Positions 1-7,633 of a stretch of 12,090 nt of DNA are shown here, piece by piece (position 1 is the first letter of the stretch; the number at the start of each line of letters is the position of its first letter). Source of the DNA: Octopus sinensis (lineage: Eukaryota); assembly GCF_006345805.1 (NCBI RefSeq), contig NW_021826703.1, positions 1-12,090 on the forward strand, read 5' to 3'. Under the pieces are notes generated by a model. That model had not been told where the DNA came from. It saw nothing but the letters and a program-made list of their open reading frames with translations, and searched no databases. A program made the translations under genes and the position numbers.

Positions 1-239
1 AGGAAAAAAATCCCCCCAGCTTTGGCCCGGACTGAATTAACAATGGAGTTGTAAGCGAACTTCTGTTCTGGAAGGAGCTTTGGCTCATTGTCGGCTATGT
101 ACTCGGCAAGCTCGTCAACATTAAAGCATGTCTCACGCAGCAAATGTGAAGACAGAGTGTTTGTGCCTTCCCGGTTTGTTGAAGGTAGGCTATAGACCGG
201 CAAGGCACTACCGCCCATATCAAGTACAGTATCTTTAAA
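1..239 (-). mobile_element. Helitron Rep/Hel fragment (PIF1-like helicase, region just upstream of Walker A); runs off the window start
   Basis: Minus frame 239->3 is open: FKDTVLDMGGSALPVYSLPSTNREGTNTLSSHLLRETCFNVDELAEYIADNEPKLLPEQKFAYNSIVNSVRAKAGGIFF(L). This matches the Helitron 'LLRE..Y...L....N...L..EQ..AY..I...V....GG.FFL-DAPGGTGKT' segment. In-frame TAA at 251-249 upstream. Confidence 0.88.
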
Positions 240-248
240 CGTAGTTTG

Positions 249-275
249 TTACCACACAGCCACACCTGCCCCTAT
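249..275 (-). mobile_element. Isolated 5' head (A box only) of SINE family A
   Basis: Reverse complement ATAGGGGCAGGTGTGGCTGTGTGGTAA matches 5145-5171 at 25/27 nt. Confidence 0.7.
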
Positions 276-360
276 GTATGTGTGTGTGTGTGTGTATGGG
301 TAGATATATTATGCATGTATATATGTGTACATATTACATGTACATTTATATATATATACA
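274..360. repeat. Compound (TG)n/(TA)n microsatellite
   Basis: Directly visible. Confidence 0.9.
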
Positions 361-1094
361 TCTACACATAAAATACAAAATACAAAGTTATATCTTGATA
401 TCGCTATTGATAACAATACTCAAAATATATAACAGACTGGAATTGTAGGCCCGTCTCTTGCAATTTCGATCAATTGGATCTTGCTCTCCCTCTTGTATAG
501 AAGTGTACAGCTGCAGCGAAATTCATTTTTGGACTTTTCTTCTATCGAAGGATTTTAACAAAAATGCTTCCGTAAAGACGGTGAAAATATTGTCAATTTC
601 CCCAAACAGGGACACAATTCATCAATTTGAAACAATAACCAAAGCCCCTTCTTAATGACGGGGGAGGGTTACGGTTTACATTTATTTAACAAATGCAACA
701 CAACAACGTTTCCCTGACGAGGAACCAACAAACGTGATTACAATAGTCAAACAGTAATAATAATAACAACAAACCTTTTTAATTTATCCCCATTTATGTG
801 AAACTACTTATTCAAGTTCAAGTCATTGATGCAATTTTATACGAATTGCTAATACACAGACACACACATAAGAAGGGTGAAAAATTGAATATTAATTTGA
901 TTAATATGAATTGAAAACCAGTGGTGTAGCATATAAGACCATAGCGAATCTTCCTCTAGCAAAAAGGATGACCAGTATTAATGGCTCATCCCTGTTATAT
1001 AAATACTTTCACTTTAGTTGTTGCACACTTGCAAAGAGAAAGGAGGAGAAAGTGTAGTGGTAATGGAAGGAGTGAAGCACTTGAAATGAGAGAG

Positions 1095-1297
1095 GCAAAT
1101 CGTAAAATATTGATTTTCTCGAATTTTTGCTTAATTGGGGGTCAAATTGAAAAAAACTTTACATGCCATGACCCAATGGAATCTACTTGGAAAAATCATA
1201 GGTAAATTCCAATTGAAGAAATTCTATATTGTACAATTGTATAAGAAACGGAAACGATTATTTGGGAGGCAGAGAGAAAATCTGCCTTTTATCATAG

Positions 1298-1298
<1 letters not shown>
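1095..1298 (+). mobile_element. Possible 3' end of a non-autonomous rolling-circle (Helitron/Helentron-like) element
   Basis: Subterminal hairpin GGCAGA-gagaaaa-TCTGCC (1268-1286), then TTTT..ATAGAT and a (TA)n run, an arrangement typical of such ends. No coding support; the left boundary is a guess. Confidence 0.3.
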
Positions 1299-1328
<30 letters not shown>

Positions 1329-1337
1329 TATAATATA
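1297..1337. repeat. (TA)n microsatellite
   Basis: Directly visible. Confidence 0.9.
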
Positions 1338-1339
1338 TA

Positions 1340-1616
1340 CTCTGTGAAGGCCTCTGAGCTGTTATCAGTAAGCTTTTGAGAAAATTTGATGCAAGTTCTC
1401 TGCTCAACTCTCTCTGTCATGGTCAATGCAGTGATCCCATGCTACACACCTTCCTTCGAAGCACTGCTGTAATTAGGGGAAGTGAGCTAGAACGTTAAAA
1501 CTTAGTGCGCATGCTCGGCAGAGTTCAGAGTCAATCTATATACTAAGCTGTGATATTCTATACACTCTAACTTCGTTACTATGGCAGCAGTCTGGATACA
1601 AATTGACCAGACCTTG
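1340..1616 (-). mobile_element. Mariner (Tc1/mariner) left end: TIR, 5' UTR and transposase N-terminus, truncated
   Basis: Minus strand reads TA|CAAGGTCTGGTCAATTTGTATCCAGACT (TA at 1618-1617, mariner-type TIR). ATG at 1420 gives MTERVEQRTCIKFSQKLTDNSSEAFT, matching the mariner 'EQR.CIKFC.KLG....E' N-terminal motif. It breaks off at the (TA)n run; no right TIR seen. Confidence 0.85.
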
Positions 1617-1982
1617 TATATCAATTCGAGTAGGTATCCTGTAGGTTTGCATTGTAAAGCTTCTCAATGGTATTGGTTATAAGGTGCAGCTTTACAAAAA
1701 AAAGCTGTATGTCTGACCTACATACATACATTCATATTATTATATAATATATATATGCGTGTGCGAGTGTGTATACACACACGTCGACTTACATGAAATT
1801 ACACTCACATGCAAACACTTATGTAAAATATGTAAATACAATTATGTTTTTACTCATGAATGAAGAAAGGTTTTGTGAATAGACGTTCATTCTTCCGTTG
1901 AATTCCCCTGCAAATTCCGTGCATATATATAATGCATACATACCCACGTACATGCAAACGTGCATATACACAGCCTTACAAG

Positions 1983-2104
1983 TATGTATGTATGTATGTA
2001 TGTATGTGTGTGTGTGTGTATGTATGTTTGTATGTATGTATGTATGTATGTGTGTATGTATGTATGTTTATGTATGTGTGTGTGTATGTAGGTATGTATG
2101 TTTG

Positions 2105-2138
<34 letters not shown>

Positions 2139-3359
2139 TGTATGTTTGTATGTATGTATGTTTATGTATGTGTGTGTGTATGTAGGTATGTATGTTGGCT
2201 ATATGTATGATGTATGTATGTATGTATGTAGAATGTATGTATGTATGTATGCATGTATGTATGTTTGTATGTATGTGTGATGTATGTATGTATGTATGTA
2301 TGTATGCCGTATGTATGTATTGATGTATGATGTTGATATTGATGTATGTATGTATGTATGTCGTGTGAGGTATGTAGTATGTATGTATGTATTGTTGTAT
2401 GTATGTATGTATGTATGATGCATGTATGTTTGTATGTATGTGTATGATGTATGATATATGTATGTAGGTATGTATGTATGATATATGTATGATGTATGTA
2501 TGTATGTTTGTATGTTGTATGTATGTATGTATGTATGTATGTTTATGTATTATGGTGTTGTATATGTATGTATGTATGTAGGTATGTATGTATGTATGTA
2601 TGTATGCATGTATGTGTATGTATGCATGTATGTATGTATGAGGTATGTATGTATGTATGTATGTATGTGTGTATGTATGTATGTATGTATGTATGTCTAT
2701 ATGTATTATGTATTATGTATGTATGTATGTATGTATGTATGTATGATGTATGTAGGTAGTATGTAGTATATGTATGTATGTATGTGTGTATGTATGTATG
2801 GTATGATGTATGTATGTTTATGTATGTCTATATGTATTAGTATGTATGTATGTATGTATGTATGATGTATGATATGTAGGTATGTATGTATGTATGTATG
2901 GATGTATGTGTGTATGTATGTATGTTGTATGTAGTATGTCTATATGTATTATGTATGTATGTATGTATGTATGTATGTAGGTATGTATGTATGTATGTAT
3001 GTATGTATGTATGTATGTGTTGTTAGGTAGTATGTATATATGGTGTGTATATATGTATGTATGTAGGTTATGTATGTATGTCTATGGTATTATGTATGTA
3101 GTATGTATGTATGTGTGTATGTAGTAGTATGTATGTATTGATGTATGTATGTATGTATGTATGTGGGTATGTATGTGTGTTATGTACTGTGGGTTTATGT
3201 ATGTATGCATGCATGCATGTATGTATGTATGTATGTATGTATGTGGTATGTATGGTGTGTATGTATGTATATATGTGTGTATGTCTGTCTATGTGTGTAT
3301 GGATTATGTATGTATAATGTATGGTACGTATGTACGTCTATATGTATGTATGGTTTATG
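1983..3359. repeat. ~1.4 kb degenerate (TATG)n array
   Basis: Directly visible. Relatively clean to about 2270, then many single-base indels and variant units. Confidence 0.97.
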
Positions 3360-3992
3360 TATGGAGAGTTAGCTAAAGGAGAACGACCTCCACATAAACC
3401 AAAAAAGAGGTATAAGGACCTGCTGAAGGCTTCCTTAAGAGATGCTTGCATCTCTCCTGACACATGGGAGGGCATAGCTATTGATCATAGCAGGTGGAGA
3501 AAGATTGTGCACGAGGGGACAGCTACTTTTGAGAAATCTCAAGTTGCGCATTAGAAAGTAAGGGGGGATGTCAGGAAGGGCATCGCTGTTGCACTTTCAG
3601 ATGGGAAGGGTTTTCCTATGATGCCGACATGCAGTGTCTGTGCAAGACCCTGCCTCAGTAACGCTGGACTCAAGAGTCATCTTTGTAGTCATTATGCGAA
3701 ACCGGTGATTGACAACCTGGCCACTGATGGTGGTATAACACACCATACTAATTATATCTGCAAGGCATGTGGAAGAGAGTGCAATTCGGCAGGAGGACTT
3801 AAACGACATGCAAAGGTACATGAAGTCCAGGTACAACTACAGCCGGCTTTTTACCGGTAAAGGTTTTAGTTGCCAATTCTGTACAAGACATTGTAGATCT
3901 TTAGCTGGGCTAAAAAGTCACATTCGATCACAGCACCAGTAACAGTTAAGCTTCGTGCAATGGCCATACTCGATAACGAGGGGGCATCCAAA
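3360..3992 (+). mobile_element. 5'-truncated RTE-clade LINE: ORF2 C-terminus (pseudogenised) with three C2H2 zinc fingers and 3' UTR
   Basis: From 3360: YGELAKGERPPHKPKKRYKDLLKASLRDACISPDTWEGIAIDHSRWRKIVHEG (RTE 'YGEL..G.R..G.P.KRYKD..K..L......W...A.DR..WR..V..G' motif). One TAG at 3552-3554, then the same frame continues through fingers at 3630-3692 and 3759-3821. A 1-nt frameshift in the T5 run (3848-3852) leads to a third finger (3871-3936) and TAA at 3940-3942. 3' hairpin CTCG-ATAA-CGAG at 3969-3980. Confidence 0.88.
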
Positions 3993-4048
3993 ATGTATGT
4001 ATGTATGTATGTATGTATGTATGTATGTATGTATGTATGTATGTATGT
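3993..4048 (+). repeat. Perfect (ATGT)14, probably the 3' tail of the RTE element
   Basis: Directly follows the RTE 3' hairpin; RTE elements end in short tandem-repeat tails. Confidence 0.8.
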
Positions 4049-4064
4049 ACAGAAGTTCTAGAAT

Positions 4065-4158
4065 CAGTTCAGGTACGTGGTACCTTCCACAGGTGTCTTC
4101 TACTATAGCCTCAGGCCGACCAAAGCCTTGTGAGTGGACTTGGTAGACAGAAACTGAA
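4065..4158 (+). mobile_element. Internal fragment of SINE family A
   Basis: GTGTCTTCTACTATAGCCTCAGGCCGACCAAAGCCTTGTGAGTGGACTTGGTAGACAGAAACTGAA aligns with about 5234-5298. Confidence 0.85.
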
Positions 4159-4178
4159 TGCTGGAAAGAAACAATAGC

Positions 4179-4467
4179 ATAGTTAGAGCAGCGGACACGC
4201 GGTCGAGGGATCACGGGTTCCATTCTCAGACCGGGCGATGTGTGTGTTTATGAGCGAAACACCTGAGCTCCACGCGGCTCTGGCAGAAGGTAATGGCGAA
4301 CTTCTGCTGACTCTTTCGCCACAACTTTCTTTCACTCTTTCCTCCTGCATCTTGCAGCTCACCTGCGACGGACTGGCATCCCGTCCAGGTGGGGAACCTA
4401 TACGCCAAGGAAACCGGGAAACCGGCCCTAATGAGACAAGCGTGGCTCAAGAAGGAACAAACAACAA
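4179..4467 (+). mobile_element. tRNA-headed SINE family B, copy 1 (5'-clipped; Meta-domain-like core)
   Basis: Colinear with 4527-4833. Contains CTGCGACGGACTGGCATCCCGTCCAGG...GAAACCGG, resembling the MetaSINE central domain, and an (AAC)-rich tail. Confidence 0.85.
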
Positions 4468-4526
4468 TATTTATATATATATACACACATACATATATAT
4501 GTATGTGTGTGTGTGTGTGTGTGTGT
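4468..4526. repeat. (TA)/(CA)/(TG) compound microsatellite between the two family-B SINEs
   Basis: Directly visible. Confidence 0.9.
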
Positions 4527-4833
4527 GGAGGCACAAGGCCTAGTGGTTAGACCAGCGGACACACGGTCGGGGGATCGCGGGTTCGAATCTCAGACCGGGC
4601 AATGTGTGTGTTTATGAGCGACACACCTAAGCTCCACGCGACTCCTGCAGAAGGTAATGGCGAACTTCTGCTGACTCTTTCACCAGAACTTTCTCTTACA
4701 CTTTCCTCCGGCATCTTGCAGCTCACCTGCGACGGACCGGCGTCCCGTCCAGGTGGGGAACCTATACGCCAAGGAAACCGGTAAACCGGCCCTTATGAGG
4801 CAGGCATGGCTCGAGAAGGAACAAACAAGAAAA
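4527..4833 (+). mobile_element. tRNA-headed SINE family B, copy 2 (full length)
   Basis: A-box-like AAGGCCTAGTGG (4535-4546), B box GGTTCGAATC (4580-4589), same body and tail as copy 1. Confidence 0.88.
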
Positions 4834-4846
4834 CTAGCATAACAAC

Positions 4847-4902
4847 TCAAGTCAAATCATCTAACCCATGCCGGCATGGAAAGCAGACGTTAAATGATAA
4901 TG
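4847..4902 (+). mobile_element. Extreme 3' tail of another retroposon (resembles the tail of Nin-domain SINEs of octopus)
   Basis: GTCAAATCATCTAACCCATGCCGGCATGGAAAGCAGACGTTAAATGATAATG: hairpin CCATG-CCGG-CATGG plus an (ATG)-like tail. Family assignment is from memory. Confidence 0.55.
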
Positions 4903-5145
4903 TAAGACAAGACTTCTATTCAACCTACTTCAAGGTGTCCTGCCCAGACTGTGCATTTATTGGGTCGGCTTCCTTCGTGCTTGGTGCACGATACAAATCC
5001 ATTTGTTTGTTGCACTGCATGAGTACATTTGGTGTAACTCGAGATTAACCAACTACTTTTATTAGCTGTTTTTTGTCTGTGGATAATTTTTGTACCAGAC
5101 AACACATATATATATGTCAACCACATACCATACAACATATATATA

Positions 5146-5562
5146 TAGGCGCAGGAGTGGCTGTGTGGTAAGTAGCTTGCTAACCAACCGCATGGTTCCG
5201 GGTTCAGTCATACTGCGTGGCATCTTGGGCAAGTGTCTTCTGCTATAGCCCCGGGCAGACCAATGCCTTGTGAGTGGATTTGGTAGACGGAAACTGAAAG
5301 AAGCCTGTCGTATATATGTATATGTATATGTGTGTGTGTGTTTTTGTGTGTCTGTGTTTGTCCCCCTGGCATTGCTTGACAACCGATGCTGGTGTGTTTA
5401 CGTCCCCGTCACTTAGCGGTTCGGCAAAAAGAGACCGATAGAAAAAGTACTGGGCTTACAAAGAATAAGTCCCGGGGTCGATTTGCTCGACTAAAGGCGG
5501 TGCTCCAGCATGGCCGCAGTCAAATGACTGAAACAAGTAAAAGAGTAAAAGAGTAAAAGAGT
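5146..5562 (+). mobile_element. Full-length tRNA-headed SINE family A with internal microsatellite and (GAGTAAAA)n tail
   Basis: A-box-like TGGCTGTGTGG (5158-5168), B-box-like GGGTTCAGTC near 5200, internal (TA)/(TG) at about 5311-5360, LINE-like 3' end at 5496-5537, and about three GAGTAAAA units. Confidence 0.85.
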
Positions 5563-5584
5563 ATATATATATATATATATATAT

Positions 5585-5962
5585 TAATAAATTTTAGGGT
5601 AGCAAAAAATTCTAGAAAAATTCTCCGCTACCAGCGGTCAAGTGAGAAAGAAAAAAATAGTCAATAGAATATAATATACATTCAAACATATAAGGGACGG
5701 CCATTATAGGACATCCGACTCACTAGAAAGAGCAGCCAAACTCCAAACACCAAATAGTTGTAATCTGAAATGGAAAGAGAAATAAAAACGTTTACCCTCT
5801 CCTTTCTGGACTATGCATAGTTTCGGCAATCTTTTGTAAATAAATTAATTCAATTAATTTATTTCTCTTTCCATTTCAGAATTACAACTATTAGTGGTTT
5901 GGAGTTTGGCTGCTCTTTCTAGTGAGTCGGATCTTCTATTATGACTGTCCCTTATATGTTTG
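5585..5962 (-). mobile_element. Penelope-like pseudo-LTR relic with inverted partial copy (arms 5683-5786 / 5858-5962) and the 3' half of a hammerhead motif
   Basis: Arms are about 91% reverse-complementary (8 mismatches and 1 indel by hand). Minus strand in the spacer reads GCC-GAAAC-TATGCATA-GTC (5827-5809). Flanked by (TA)n on both sides. Confidence 0.6.
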
Positions 5963-5971
5963 TATATATAT

Positions 5972-6320
5972 ATTGATTGATTGATTCTAGTTTCAGCTCA
6001 TGAGCTGTGGCCATGCTGGGGCACCGCCATTTGGTGTTGCTACATGGTTTTACTTCACGAAAGCTTTTTAGCAACTGCCATTTGGTGCATGAGAGAGTTC
6101 GATGCAGCTGCCCTCATCTGCACCTCCTGTCGTGAAGTTGGTTCATCTGGGACACCTGACAAGAAGAGATCCAGTTTTATTTTGAAGACATCTGCATCCA
6201 CCCCATGCAGATTTCTCAGGTTCTTTGGGAGGATATTGAAGAGCTGTGGGCCTCGGAAGCCCAGGCTATCACAGTATCTTGTCCTACATCTTGATGGCAA
6301 ATTTGGAGTCCTAGGCACAC
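5972..6320 (-). mobile_element. 5'-truncated CR1-type LINE: ORF2 C-terminus, 3' UTR and (ATCA)n tail
   Basis: VPRTPNLPSRCRTRYCDSLGFRGPQLFNILPKNLRNLHGVDADVFKIKLDLFLSGVPDEP...KKLS* (TGA 6057-6055) fits the CR1 'GP.LFN.LP..LR....FK..LD.FL..VPD.P' motif. Tail ATCAATCAATCAAT at 5985-5972. Confidence 0.85.
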
Positions 6321-6482
6321 ACTCACATATACATACATACATACACACACACATATATACATACATGCATACATACACACACACATATATACATACATAC
6401 ACACACACATATACATACATATATACACATACACATATATATATACATACATACATATACACACACACACACACACACATAT
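6316..6482. repeat. (CA)/(CATA)/(TA) compound microsatellite
   Basis: Directly visible. Confidence 0.92.
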
Positions 6483-6485
6483 GTA

Positions 6486-6940
6486 GTGAATTATATTTGC
6501 CAACTAAATGTAGGTGACCCATATTGGACGATGCTACTCTAGTTTATAACCCCAGGAAAACATCTCCAGCTTGCTAACGACACACTGTCTGTGCCGGATC
6601 AGTATTTGCAAAGGGAAAATCATCGTTCTCATCCCTTGACTGATGTGTTACACATGGACCCGGGTTTCTGAATAGTAACCCGTCATCAGCGCGTGACGAT
6701 CACCGGCTTGGAAAGAGAAGTGTTATTTCCAATGCAGAGATAGGAACTATGATTCTCCCTTTGAAAATACTGAAAGGGCACAGACAATGTTGTCATTATC
6801 CAGCTGGAGGAGATGTCTTCCTGGGGCTATAAACTACAGTAGTATCGTCCCTTATGGGTCAACCACATTTATATGGCAAATATACTTCACAATATCGTGC
6901 TGCTACTGTTTATATCTCGCTCAGAGATTTATTATTGCTA
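6486..6940 (-). mobile_element. Fold-back element (arms 6486-6636 / 6736-6890) with a central hammerhead motif; probable PLE pseudo-LTR derivative
   Basis: Arms align as reverse complements at about 84% (24 mismatches and 2 indels by hand). Bounded by microsatellites on both sides. Confidence 0.65.
6651..6695 (-). ncRNA. Minimal type I hammerhead ribozyme motif (partly decayed)
   Basis: Minus: CACGCG-CTGATGA-cGGGttactaTTCa-GAAAC-CCGG-GTC^CATGTG. Core nucleotides are intact and stem III is palindromic. Stem I is 5/6 paired including one G.U. The stem II base pair is non-canonical (C/A). Confidence 0.6.
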
Positions 6941-6998
6941 TATATATATATGATATATATATATATATATATATATATAGATAGTAGTATATTATATA

Positions 6999-7031
<33 letters not shown>
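6939..7031. repeat. (TA)n microsatellite, interrupted
   Basis: Directly visible. Confidence 0.92.
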
Positions 7032-7230
7032 CTCGCAGTATCGCCGTGGGTGTTGTTGCTCGGGTGTGTAGGGAAATACTATAATGCATTTTTAGAGAGT
7101 TACTTCCCTTATATAATAGCAAAAAATGCATTAAAAATGGGAAAAATGATGGTAAATTTTTTTAAAACGTAGACTCATCGTAGACGCGCGCTAATACCCA
7201 GAAGGGCTCGATATGAATCACGACTATAAG
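7032..7230 (+). mobile_element. 5' part of a non-autonomous Helentron/HINE-like element
   Basis: Starts in (TA)n with ACTCGCAGTATCGCCGTGGGTGTTGTTGCTCGGGT, resembling the 'ACTAG....CCCGGCGTTGC.CGGG' 5' end of HINE/DINE-like elements. The body resembles an abundant octopus repeat (from memory). Confidence 0.55.
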
Positions 7231-7332
7231 TGAATATTCTTAGAAATGTCACCATCAGTGGTCTAGCATGTATAAAGTGTCAATAGCCAACATATTCTTA
7301 ATATAAAATACGCTATTTTATATTGAATATAT

Positions 7333-7500
7333 ATATTGTTATATTTCGGAATGGTCATTTTGCCAGTTTAGCCAATAAAAACACACACGCACTATATATT
7401 TGGTGTTACTTTGCTTCAGTGTTATTTATTTTTTACATTAATCTTAATCTTATTTCGGCCAGAGTTCTTTCGTCACACTCCTGTGACCGCATCAGTGGTC
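7333..7500 (-). mobile_element. Third PLE-type pseudo-LTR relic ending in (TA)n, headed by a hammerhead-like motif
   Basis: Hammerhead-like fold at 7500-7457, then an AT-rich tail whose last 25 nt recur inverted at 8163-8187. Confidence 0.5.
7457..7500 (-). ncRNA. Hammerhead-like motif with variant core
   Basis: Minus: GACCA-CTGATG-CG-GTCAC-aggagt-GTGAC-GAAA-G-AA-CTC^TGGCC. Perfect 5-bp stem II and 4/5 stem I, but CG replaces the conserved A9. Confidence 0.45.
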
Positions 7501-7633
7501 CTTTGTTTTCTTCTTTCTTATTTGTGTCTCTCCTTACTAACCGTCAGCCATTTTGTATTTCTATTGTATGTGTCTTCATTTGCGCATTCTTATATCTCTA
7601 TGTGAGTCTATGTTTATTTAGTGTGTGTGGGGG

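Noticed and set aside
706-735. CTGACGA inside an ACGTTT/AAACGT hairpin, a possible plus-strand hammerhead
   Set aside because: No GAAA after stem II (CAAAC instead) and no room for stem I.
400-1090. Non-repetitive-looking stretch with ORFs 458-655 and 981-1205
   Set aside because: No recognisable motif, splice pattern or repeat similarity in the frames examined; left unannotated.
1855-1908. Possible small minus-strand exon (TTTGCAG acceptor-like site, GTAAAA donor-like site)
   Set aside because: No polypyrimidine tract, weak donor and no recognisable peptide; cannot be supported without RNA-seq.
1898-3376. Many 60-95 aa ORFs (MYVCMYV..., HTYIHT...)
   Set aside because: Stop-free translations of the (TATG)n array. 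Only the part from 3360 onward is real (RTE) coding.
4527-4600. tRNA-like A and B boxes (also at 5146-5210 and 7634-7705)
   Set aside because: These are SINE heads continuing into SINE bodies; no complete cloverleaf supports a tRNA gene.
4226-5382. ORFs 4226-4534, 4238-4543, 4602-4784, 4806-5048, 4920-5138 and 5062-5382
   Set aside because: They overlap SINE bodies and microsatellites and show no recognisable protein motif.
5981-6517. 178-aa plus-strand ORF, the longest in the track
   Set aside because: Antisense of the CR1 fragment plus a (CA)n run.
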